Shown piece after piece: positions 26,423-34,868 of a stretch of DNA of 64,000 bases (positions within the stretch are counted from its first letter, which is position 1; each line of letters begins with the position of its first letter). A program made the translations under genes and the position numbers. The notes below the pieces were generated by a model, which ran no database searches, was not told the origin of the DNA, and saw only the letters and a list, made by a program, of their open reading frames with translations. The DNA is from a virus (lineage: Duplodnaviria; Caudoviricetes), in IMG/VR virus record IMGVR_UViG_2974545560_000001, positions 4,746 to 68,745 of that record, one strand, 5' to 3'.

Positions 26423-26932
26423 ATGGACAGATTAGTATCTTTTATATTTGTATTGGTAGCTGCGGTGTTTTTCGCGACAAGCACTAGAGCGTCAACCGTG
26501 ATATCACCTCGATATTCATCTGTAGACGTCGCCGCGCGGTCTGCTCCGATGTTCTATTCACAGGCCTCTGATCCAGGCGTATCGATGCTTTGCAAATCGG
26601 AAATCAGGACTAACGGTGGATTTTTGTGGTACGTCTCCAACTCCCTTTGCGTGCGCAATAAAAACAATAAAATGGAAGTGTATTTCTTTATCGATAAAAA
26701 GGTAAATAAAGGTAAAGAAATAAAATCGCGCTTTCAGTATAATCTTAAAGACGGCCAAACACTGTACCGGGAATACACGTTGTTTCCTGACAAGGAGTCT
26801 GGCGATGTTTTGTTCCTCACCCATGATGAGGACGTCACCGAGTTCATCAGCCTTTCTCAGGAATCGGCTATCGTAAAGGTGACATATAACACATCGCCAA
26901 CCGAGTCAGAAAGTGCGTTCTTTCCTATGTGA
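26423..26932 (+). CDS. Exported/periplasmic hypothetical protein
   Basis: Start ATG 26423 (GGAG RBS); signal peptide MDRLVSFIFVLVAAVFFA; AT-rich DNA. Confidence 0.65.
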   Translation: MDRLVSFIFVLVAAVFFATSTRASTVISPRYSSVDVAARSAPMFYSQASDPGVSMLCKSEIRTNGGFLWYVSNSLCVRNKNNKMEVYFFIDKKVNKGKEIKSRFQYNLKDGQTLYREYTLFPDKESGDVLFLTHDEDVTEFISLSQESAIVKVTYNTSPTESESAFFPM

Positions 26933-26975
26933 TTGGCCGTTTTCATGTTAGAACCAGAAATGGACTTCATTTTGG

Positions 26976-27197
26976 ATGGTGGCGTCTATGGAAGAAAAGA
27001 AGAAAGACAGCGGCAAGTTCAAGGCGGTTAGTCCTGAATTGATCGATCTACTCATGAGTGTTTTGATCAGGATAGTTGGTGAGTCTGTCAAGGATAGAAT
27101 TGTGCGAGCTGTTTTGATTGGTATTCTGAGCGCGGCAAGTTCTTATGTATCAATCGAATCACCACCAGACGCAATCCCTGCCGTGGTACAAAAGTAA
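26976..27197 (+). CDS. Small membrane protein (possible holin/antiholin)
   Basis: Charged N-terminus and hydrophobic segments; converges on the endolysin gene. Confidence 0.45.
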   Translation: MVASMEEKKKDSGKFKAVSPELIDLLMSVLIRIVGESVKDRIVRAVLIGILSAASSYVSIESPPDAIPAVVQK

Positions 27198-27228
27198 TAA
27201 AAGCCCCTCGTTTGAGGGGCTTATTTTT
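27198..27228. terminator. Bidirectional intrinsic terminator
   Basis: AAGCCCCTC-GTTT-GAGGGGCTT with A tract left and T tract right, between convergent genes. Confidence 0.85.
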
Positions 27229-27889
27229 ATGCTCCGGCGTCAATCGCCGCCAGTCCGGCACGATAATAGCTGCGTCTCACTTCACCTTTATTGGCATCGC
27301 AAGGCAACTGGCCGTTAATCTTCTTGACTGATTGACTAAACAGATCAAGGTCAGCCGCGCGGTTCAAATCGTTTGAATACCAGAAGTACGCTGCCGCCAA
27401 TGCCCCTACCTCTGGCGTTTGAAGAAGGGATGGATTGCTGGCTAAATCAACGCCAATCGCCTTACCAGCACGAGTGATATTGTCGCGCCCTGTTTGCTGA
27501 ATTGGGCCTTGACCACGGAAGTTCCATCCGTCACCGCTTGCTTCATCGCCGTTGCCAAGGCGGTTGGCATATACATTGTTGGCCAACTTCTGTGGGTTGT
27601 TGGCGAGCGACAGCGCCAGCGCGTTCGGCTGCTTGGTGTTCGCTTTAGGATCAATCGCGTATCGCCCCGGCCACACCGCCGCCATGCGCTTAGCTGAATA
27701 ATTCATGTTCTCCGCCAACGCCGTGAACCCTTCGGATTCTACCCCTAAGTTGGCCAAGAACATTGCTACGCGGCGGCGATTGTTGATTTCATATTTATCG
27801 CACGCGACCTGTAGCGCGTCAATCCACTTGTTGGCGACATCTTTTGACGCGCCAGTACTTGCCATAATAATTCCAATAGTTAACTTCAT
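27227..27889 (-). CDS. Endolysin, glycoside hydrolase family 19
   Basis: AMFLANLGVES...ENMNYS, YANRLGNG..SGDGWNFRGQGPIQQTGRDN motifs. Confidence 0.92.
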   Translation of the reverse strand: MKLTIGIIMASTGASKDVANKWIDALQVACDKYEINNRRRVAMFLANLGVESEGFTALAENMNYSAKRMAAVWPGRYAIDPKANTKQPNALALSLANNPQKLANNVYANRLGNGDEASGDGWNFRGQGPIQQTGRDNITRAGKAIGVDLASNPSLLQTPEVGALAAAYFWYSNDLNRAADLDLFSQSVKKINGQLPCDANKGEVRRSYYRAGLAAIDAGA

Positions 27890-27932
27890 TTCTCACCTCT
27901 ATTATTAAGCGCCCATCAAGGGCGCTCGTTTA

Positions 27933-28442
27933 TCAAGATGGTTTCTTTGGCCATTCAACGCCAATTGATTTTACATTCACCCTTGAAACGTCCAGTCTGT
28001 ACTCCTGCCAGGCCTTCAAAAGATCATCCTCATCATCCGTTGTGTCGCCAAGGGTGGCCGCGAATTCGAGTGCGGCTATCTCATCAGACGCCTCTCGCAT
28101 CAAATCTTTCCTGATCTTTGTATTATTCGCAATCTCCAGTTCTTTATCCTTGATGAATTTACCATTGGTGAACTTCCATCCATAACCAAGTCCAATCCCT
28201 TCTGGCACCTCATCGCAGTCAAATACATTCATGCCAACAGGCCTCAATCCACTAACGTCTTGCGTGACGCAAAGCACATTGTCTTTTGAGTCGGTTGCCA
28301 CAATCCATTTCTTTGTGAAAAGGGATTGATTTTCATACCAGTCCCTGCCGTGCTCATCAGCGTAATATTCCGCATTTGGAACGGCATTTGGTGATTCATT
28401 ATTATAACGGGTTATGTTCAACATTTCCATGATATACCTCAA
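27933..28442 (-). CDS. Tail fibre assembly chaperone (Tfa-like)
   Basis: DEHGRDWYE N-terminus; C-terminal LKAWQEYRLDVSRV...EWPKKP. Confidence 0.85.
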   Translation of the reverse strand: MRYIMEMLNITRYNNESPNAVPNAEYYADEHGRDWYENQSLFTKKWIVATDSKDNVLCVTQDVSGLRPVGMNVFDCDEVPEGIGLGYGWKFTNGKFIKDKELEIANNTKIRKDLMREASDEIAALEFAATLGDTTDDEDDLLKAWQEYRLDVSRVNVKSIGVEWPKKPS

Positions 28443-30631
28443 ATTGAAACTATGTTGTACCAGGTTGAGTCATTTGGCCTTTGGAATTGCAGCGGCCTCT
28501 GGTATCCATAACCGTCATCAGCGCCAAAGTCGCCAACGCCAACGGTGACCTGTCCTGAGTCGCACATCGCCTCACCGCCATTGTAATTAGGCATTCGTGA
28601 TACGCCGCCGAGTCGCATCTGGGTGATTACATTCGCGTTAAGCCATGACAAAAGATATCCGCCACCCCAGACAGAGCCACGGACGTTGCCATCTGTCTGG
28701 AACGCTGCCCCACCTATGTGTATGTTCGATTGCGTTTGGATGGAACCCCAGACCGTGAATTTGGCGGTATTGGTTGCATTACCATCACCTTCAATGGTCA
28801 TCAGTGCATTCTTGATTGATCCGTCAGCGCCGATGACTGAGAAGTCAATCACATTTAGTCTGGTTCCGTTCCCAAAGTTGTTGATGAGCATGCCACGATC
28901 AACTGATCCTGTGACGTAGCCTACCGCGAATTGAAGTTGGTGATTCCCTGCGCCTTCAACAATGACCCTGCCGAATTTGCTTGCACTAACGTTAAATGGC
29001 CTTAACATGATGCTGTTTGAGCCGGAAGGTGACCAGATTCTTGCGTCATAATCGGTTGCTGACGCAGAGCCGCCTGTGTGGAAGTCGATGAATGGCGAAT
29101 TAGCCGTGCCAGACACGTTCCCTATCTCAATGCCAGCGTTTGCGGCGAAAGCCCCGGTGACGTTGATATTGGTCACGTCTCCGCCAGCAGTCGTCAGCTC
29201 TTGAATCCAGCCGCTGTCTTTTGCAGGATTGCCATCGACAACGATTCTGTGCCACATCCGAGATGTCCCATGGCCAACAAATATCATTTGAACGTAAGAG
29301 CCAGGTGCGTTGTTGCCTGTCAAAGGAACTGAAAGGTCATTCCGGTTGGTCGTAACTAAAAGCGAGCCATATCCGTGTGGCGTATATCCAGAGCCTTCTG
29401 CCGACCAAATCCCAGGCGTTGTTGGAACGTCTGACCCAGTTAGAATCCTTGCCGGCGACATTCTAGCTGCAAAGTTACTTGATGGATCAGCCCTTGTTTT
29501 TGCCACGTTCCAAACGAATGCTGTGCTAGCAATGCGTTTGGAGTTGTCGGCAGTTGCCTGTGTTTGTACGAACGACTGCGCATAATTAAGTGTCGCAGAG
29601 CCGCCGAATAAATCCCATCTTGATGGCGTCTCTGATGCCACGAAATATGCTGTGTCACCTGGTTGTATCAGCAGGTTTGTGGTGGTATTCGCATCTGGCC
29701 TCATGATAGTCTCGCCGGATGCGCCTAAAACTGTCAACGTACTTGATGCTGACTGGTTGATGAAGCTGATTGTTTGGCCTGGTGCAACCGACGACCTTGG
29801 TGGAAGATTGATCTGTCCGTTGGTCGGAGAGCTTGGTTGCCAACGGACAAATGCGCCGACGCTATCAGCCCCAAGTTGAGTATTGGTGGCCAAGGTAAGC
29901 CCTTTGGAGAAGCGCATAAAGTCCTTTTCACCAAGAACCCTGCTCCAAGTGCCAACAACACCATTCAAAATAGAACGAACAAACATCGTCCCGTCAGTGA
30001 TGGTGTATCGCTGAAGGGTGATTTGGTTTGGCGCCGTGTTCCAAGTTTTCGACTCAAGCATGCCAGCGCGGCGAACGCCATTGCCATCAGGCGGCAGGTT
30101 TTGGCACCCAGACGCAACTGAATCACTGGCAACCTCCCAAGTCCCGTTGAACTTGGTGTTGAAGTCAACTCCCGTTGCAATCACCTCTGCCGCCGAACCG
30201 TCTGGGCCACCCGATGGCATCGGGATATTTGATATCAACTCCCTTGTGTTCTGAATATATGCCCATTGGGTGGTGGATGTCAGCGGATCTGATACGTTGT
30301 TGGCCACAAGAGAGATATATGGATAGAAGAATCCATCTGATCTCTGGCGAATAACGATTGCGTTTTTAGGGTATCCACCTGGCATGGAAGAGAACCATTC
30401 ACAGAAACCTTGTTTCTGCCAGGATTGTTGGTTCAAAGACAGCATGTAGAAAAGCCAGTTTTGAACGGCGCGCTCAACAGGCTTTGCCTTTGGATCACCT
30501 GCGTTAAGGTCGATCTCATAATCAGGCGTGTAGCCCTGAGTCAAGTTCACCTTGCCATTTGGATCTGTTGTTGGCACCGCGCTTTTATCACCAGCAGCAG
30601 CGAACGGCTGGCTAATTAATATTGATGGCAT
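28439..30631 (-). CDS. Long tail fibre (receptor-binding protein)
   Basis: Baseplate-binding N-terminus (PFAAAGDK...GY.PDY), fibre repeats (IASTAFV, FIDFH...DYDARI); followed by the Tfa gene. Confidence 0.85.
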   Translation of the reverse strand: MPSILISQPFAAAGDKSAVPTTDPNGKVNLTQGYTPDYEIDLNAGDPKAKPVERAVQNWLFYMLSLNQQSWQKQGFCEWFSSMPGGYPKNAIVIRQRSDGFFYPYISLVANNVSDPLTSTTQWAYIQNTRELISNIPMPSGGPDGSAAEVIATGVDFNTKFNGTWEVASDSVASGCQNLPPDGNGVRRAGMLESKTWNTAPNQITLQRYTITDGTMFVRSILNGVVGTWSRVLGEKDFMRFSKGLTLATNTQLGADSVGAFVRWQPSSPTNGQINLPPRSSVAPGQTISFINQSASSTLTVLGASGETIMRPDANTTTNLLIQPGDTAYFVASETPSRWDLFGGSATLNYAQSFVQTQATADNSKRIASTAFVWNVAKTRADPSSNFAARMSPARILTGSDVPTTPGIWSAEGSGYTPHGYGSLLVTTNRNDLSVPLTGNNAPGSYVQMIFVGHGTSRMWHRIVVDGNPAKDSGWIQELTTAGGDVTNINVTGAFAANAGIEIGNVSGTANSPFIDFHTGGSASATDYDARIWSPSGSNSIMLRPFNVSASKFGRVIVEGAGNHQLQFAVGYVTGSVDRGMLINNFGNGTRLNVIDFSVIGADGSIKNALMTIEGDGNATNTAKFTVWGSIQTQSNIHIGGAAFQTDGNVRGSVWGGGYLLSWLNANVITQMRLGGVSRMPNYNGGEAMCDSGQVTVGVGDFGADDGYGYQRPLQFQRPNDSTWYNIVSI

Positions 30632-30632
30632 G

Positions 30633-31394
30633 TTATGACTCCTGGACGACTTTGTATTTAATACCACAACAACTCGGCATTATACCGTATTGTGGGTCAT
30701 TTAACAATTCAATAAATTGCCCTGACACCTTAATGGCAGCGCCAAGTCTGTACTCCATGTAATATTGATTTGTAATTGGAGATACAGAATCGCCACCAAC
30801 GATGGTTGAGTCAGCGAGATAAAAATACTTCTTAGCATCATAATCCCAAGGCTCGCCATCATTGAATATATGCCGCAGCATCCTGTTAATCCACATCACC
30901 TGCCCATTGGATACCAGCGCGGCATATCGGAGCATCAACACATATCGCGTCTCTTCAATAGTCAGGAGGGTGGTTGAGCCGCCGCCAACGAAGTTGCCGC
31001 CGATTGTATTTGGATTGCTGACGGTGCTGGTGCCTTCTAATGGGAGTACGATGTTGTATGGGTCGGTTTGGGCTGGGATTTCGAATCCCTCATACTGCGA
31101 ATCTCCACTGTATACGAAGTTTTGGCGCTTCTCTCCGTAAGCCCAAGCCCTGACGTTGGTGTAGAATCCGAATAACGAAGATGGCACCCCAAGTATGATG
31201 CACCAAACAACAAGCCCGAATGGCTTTGCCGTTCTCAAGTCGAAAACATCGCTTTTCCAATTCTCCCAGAATTGTTCGTGATTAGACCGATACCAATCAG
31301 CCTTTTGGTTGATTATGCTGCTTATCGCTGGAGCCTTGTTCTGCATCCACTTCAGAACTTGGGTTATGTCTGTGTTATATTTTTGCATAATCAC
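30633..31394 (-). CDS. Baseplate wedge protein (DUF2612-like)
   Basis: Between baseplate J and the fibre; FDLRTA..FGL..W pattern. Confidence 0.7.
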   Translation of the reverse strand: MIMQKYNTDITQVLKWMQNKAPAISSIINQKADWYRSNHEQFWENWKSDVFDLRTAKPFGLVVWCIILGVPSSLFGFYTNVRAWAYGEKRQNFVYSGDSQYEGFEIPAQTDPYNIVLPLEGTSTVSNPNTIGGNFVGGGSTTLLTIEETRYVLMLRYAALVSNGQVMWINRMLRHIFNDGEPWDYDAKKYFYLADSTIVGGDSVSPITNQYYMEYRLGAAIKVSGQFIELLNDPQYGIMPSCCGIKYKVVQES

Positions 31395-32647
31395 TCCATG
31401 GTAACGATTATGAAGCCAAGCTGAGTTTGTGCTTTCTGGTATGGCTTCATAGGAACCTCAAGCGCAAACTGGCTATCTGGAGGGATTGTTGATCCTTCAG
31501 GAACCGCCGCAACTAAACAGCTTCTAACATATGCACCTGGGAATACTCTGCAAACAGCGCCAGCTATTTCAAATGCGGATACCGAGGCGCCAGTCACGAA
31601 ACCTTGCTCACCAGATTGGTCGCCATTCGCATACGCGATTATCGCATTTTGTACTCCTACGTCACTTGCGGCAGAAGACCCACGTGCAACGGTGATTTTA
31701 ATGTAGGTGTCAAAAAGAATTGCCGTGCAGAATTTGACCTTGTAAGGCATGTTGCTGTATGGGTCAATAACAGTAACCCCATCCGGCGGATTGACTGGGT
31801 TTCCGCTTCCCGTTGCGCCGTAGTCCCAAGGGCAACCGCCGCCGTGCGCGGCATACAGGGCTTCTGCCACCTCCTGTGTGTTCGCGCTGCCAGCAACGCA
31901 TACATACATGGCGCTGGGAAGGGTGAATTCAATTCCATTTACGACACCTGGCGCGCCGGTGTTATTCTCAACAACCTTGACTGATTGCACGTTGTTCACG
32001 GTAAGTGCCTTGGCCTGAATTGCCCCTGTAGAGCCAACGCCTTGGTTGAACAGCTGAAGTTCTCTTTTTGCTTTCAGCTGTGGGTCGTTTAGTTGGACGC
32101 GACCAAGAACCACAGTTGACTGACTAGTTACCTCAATACTGGCAAGGCCTATGACCTGATCAAGAATGTTCAATTGACCAACTGGGAGTTCGATTGGGCC
32201 AAATCCAGTTGACACAATCGTGATTGAGACTTGTCTGTTGTTCCCAATCGTGGCATTAGAAAGAACTGTGAAAACAGATCCATCAGAAGTTGACACACGC
32301 GTGCCAAACGGAATAACCCTGTTTGGGTCGCCCTTTGCAATTACGCCTTGACCTATGGTGGATTTGTTTTCTCCGCGCGAAATATCAAGAAGTGCACAAA
32401 TGGCATCCAGGAATACGCCCATGGAATAATTTGGGTTTATTTGGTTTGCTAACTCGGCAGAAGTCTTCATCACCGATGCACGGGCAACAGCCTCGCTTTG
32501 GATCAGCGTTCCCTGCGGCGTGCTTGAATCAACATCCAAATTTTGACCAAGGGCTGATTTCCATTCTGCCTGTACGTCAAGCAGAATGTCTTGTGTATCT
32601 GCGCTTATAATGCCGGTATCGGTTACATAATTGTAGTTCGCACTCAT
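31391..32647 (-). CDS. Baseplate J-like wedge protein
   Basis: STPQGTLI, GVFLDAIC and VKVVENNT motifs. Confidence 0.85.
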   Translation of the reverse strand: MSANYNYVTDTGIISADTQDILLDVQAEWKSALGQNLDVDSSTPQGTLIQSEAVARASVMKTSAELANQINPNYSMGVFLDAICALLDISRGENKSTIGQGVIAKGDPNRVIPFGTRVSTSDGSVFTVLSNATIGNNRQVSITIVSTGFGPIELPVGQLNILDQVIGLASIEVTSQSTVVLGRVQLNDPQLKAKRELQLFNQGVGSTGAIQAKALTVNNVQSVKVVENNTGAPGVVNGIEFTLPSAMYVCVAGSANTQEVAEALYAAHGGGCPWDYGATGSGNPVNPPDGVTVIDPYSNMPYKVKFCTAILFDTYIKITVARGSSAASDVGVQNAIIAYANGDQSGEQGFVTGASVSAFEIAGAVCRVFPGAYVRSCLVAAVPEGSTIPPDSQFALEVPMKPYQKAQTQLGFIIVTME

Positions 32648-33393
32648 TCGGTCATGCCTCCTGCCGTTCTGCCACTGCCGTTGTTCTGCTGTTCGTGGCC
32701 GTGAGTTGTAATGTTGATGCCGCCGACAGTAGCATTAGCAGGCAGCGTGCATTCTGTACCAGATTTGGATTCGAACCCGCCATCAGCATTCGTCTTGCCT
32801 TCGACAACGAGATTACCTTTTACATTGACGTCTTTTGTGAACGTTGCCATTGGCGTGTCAACTATCACCGCTTGCGATGTTATTTTGACTCTGGATTCGT
32901 TCAGTGATATTCTGCTGCTGCCGTCAGTCGCCTGAAGAACCACACAGCCTTCATCCTCTGAATTTATGACATATTTTCTGAATACGTCTGGAATCCATAG
33001 GCCGTCGCTGAATTGCTTGATGCGCCCTGTGTTGGGCTTGGTTTCTGATAATGACTGTTTAAACAGAGATAAGTCCCGATCAGCGGCGAATATCCAACCC
33101 AGATCCCCCTCTGATATTGGGAAATTTAGGACGAATCCGCCGCCGCCGAGTGCCAGCACCGGTATCTCAACCAAAGGTTGCCTTGATATGGTTGACCCAT
33201 CGACTGCCACGAATTGAATTAACGGCGTAACAGTTGCCAAATTCTCTTTTCTGTCATAACTGGATATAGACGCCGGAATCATGCCGTCAGTATTAAGAGA
33301 TTGCTGGCGATTCATGAACTGCAAAGCCGACCAAAGAGTGGTTTTATCACCCTGGTTCGCTGATGTTAATTGGCTTAGCGGTGTGTTCGCCAT
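32644..33393 (-). CDS. Baseplate central spike (gpV/gp138-like)
   Basis: N-terminal OB fold (PISEGDLGWIFAADRD), beta-helix and C-terminal HxH (THGH) metal tip. Confidence 0.85.
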   Translation of the reverse strand: MANTPLSQLTSANQGDKTTLWSALQFMNRQQSLNTDGMIPASISSYDRKENLATVTPLIQFVAVDGSTISRQPLVEIPVLALGGGGFVLNFPISEGDLGWIFAADRDLSLFKQSLSETKPNTGRIKQFSDGLWIPDVFRKYVINSEDEGCVVLQATDGSSRISLNESRVKITSQAVIVDTPMATFTKDVNVKGNLVVEGKTNADGGFESKSGTECTLPANATVGGINITTHGHEQQNNGSGRTAGGMTE

Positions 33394-33459
33394 TATAATA
33401 CCCTCAGTGACTAATATCATCAATATTATAATGGCGATTGTGTTGGAAGTAAACGAGTG

Positions 33460-33978
33460 CTATTTGTTCTTGGATTCGGCCACCGCATCTTCGTGGGCTT
33501 GTGCCTGGTTCACGCCCTTTGCCATCAACACGTCAAGCATTCCGAATGCATCCTCAAGAGAGTAATACTCTTCCAACTCTCTTAACGTGGCAACCTCAGC
33601 CGCGACAAGTTGGGCGATCAGGCCGTGCACGTTCTCACTCACGACTATATCGGATGATGACATGAACCTTCTAGGAACCTTTACTGACTTCCAGCTTTCA
33701 AGGAATTCGAAGTTGAAAGTACACACTACAGACTGTATGCCGCTTAATACTAGGCGCGGCGCTAGGCCTGCAATCCTGTCTTTAATGTATCTATCTATGT
33801 TGTCAGGGTCGTCCAGGGGGCGCCAACTCCTGCCAACAAGTATCTCGGTGTGCGCCAATATCTCCATCGGCGTCTTGATTGCCGAATTATCAAATATGTC
33901 AATTCCATCAACGGCTGAATACTGCTTGACGCGATACTTGTCGCCGAACGCCTCGAATATTTTTGTTTTTCTGCTCAT
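33460..33978 (-). CDS. Tail assembly chaperone-like protein (long form)
   Basis: N-terminal half resembles 37061-37465; C-terminal ATLRELEEYYSLEDAFGMLD resembles tail chaperone GT extensions. Confidence 0.55.
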   Translation of the reverse strand: MSRKTKIFEAFGDKYRVKQYSAVDGIDIFDNSAIKTPMEILAHTEILVGRSWRPLDDPDNIDRYIKDRIAGLAPRLVLSGIQSVVCTFNFEFLESWKSVKVPRRFMSSSDIVVSENVHGLIAQLVAAEVATLRELEEYYSLEDAFGMLDVLMAKGVNQAQAHEDAVAESKNK

Positions 33979-33980
33979 GC

Positions 33981-34868
33981 TTACCCCTGCGCCGCTGGTG
34001 AGGCTTCAGCCTTTGCATAAAACTTATCACCGCGACTTTCTATCTCATAAGTCAACGACATGATAACGAAGTTGGTGTCGTTGAGACTTGGATTGATTAT
34101 GGACTTAAGGTTGACGCCACTCGCCAGTTTTATATTTGGGTCAAATAGAACAGTAAATTCAACGCCCCATTCAGTCCATGTTGGTGGGCCATTCATGAAT
34201 TCAGTAAGAGTCGTCAGTTGTCCTGCGCTAAGTATTTTATTCTTATCTTTGACGATTAAGAAGTCGTCATCAACATACGCCGCGACTGAATCGCGATATA
34301 AGTTTTGTATATCCCAAAGCAGCGCGGCATTGGTGAAAGCTGTTCTGCCTGCGTTGACAATTATCGTATCGTTAATGGAGGTGTCGCAGATGAAGTTGTT
34401 GCCGAATCCCATCTGTTGAGCCGCCCATGTGACGTACTCTTTAAACGTTGACTTCGCAGGCGCAGGAGTTGTAACGAATTTCGTTTTGTCTATCTGCCTT
34501 GTATAACAAGTTATTCTGGTAATCATATTTGGTGGCCCAGAGACTGGCTCTGTGCTAACCACCTGGCCTTTGAATATAACAGACAGCGACTGCTTTCCGT
34601 TGTCTTCATAACCGGCCTCTATTTTTACGTTTATATATGCAGCCTCAACTTGACCGGTATCAACCAATCGCTTGTTGAATGCTGTAAAGTTGCTTAGCAA
34701 ATACTCCCTGTCCTTCTGAGTTAATCCGCCAACGTCAATTGTCGCTCTATTTTGTATATTCAGAGCGGCCTTCTTGATGTTGATATTCAACATCAGCTCT
34801 TCGTTTAATACCAGTGGCCCATTAGGCATGTCAAAGGTGACTCGCACCAAAACTCTTTTAAGTGACAT
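33981..34868 (-). CDS. Baseplate hub protein (gp27/gpD-like)
   Basis: ATIDVGGL...IEAGY...IFKGQV pattern; follows the tape measure gene. Confidence 0.75.
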   Translation of the reverse strand: MSLKRVLVRVTFDMPNGPLVLNEELMLNINIKKAALNIQNRATIDVGGLTQKDREYLLSNFTAFNKRLVDTGQVEAAYINVKIEAGYEDNGKQSLSVIFKGQVVSTEPVSGPPNMITRITCYTRQIDKTKFVTTPAPAKSTFKEYVTWAAQQMGFGNNFICDTSINDTIIVNAGRTAFTNAALLWDIQNLYRDSVAAYVDDDFLIVKDKNKILSAGQLTTLTEFMNGPPTWTEWGVEFTVLFDPNIKLASGVNLKSIINPSLNDTNFVIMSLTYEIESRGDKFYAKAEASPAAQG

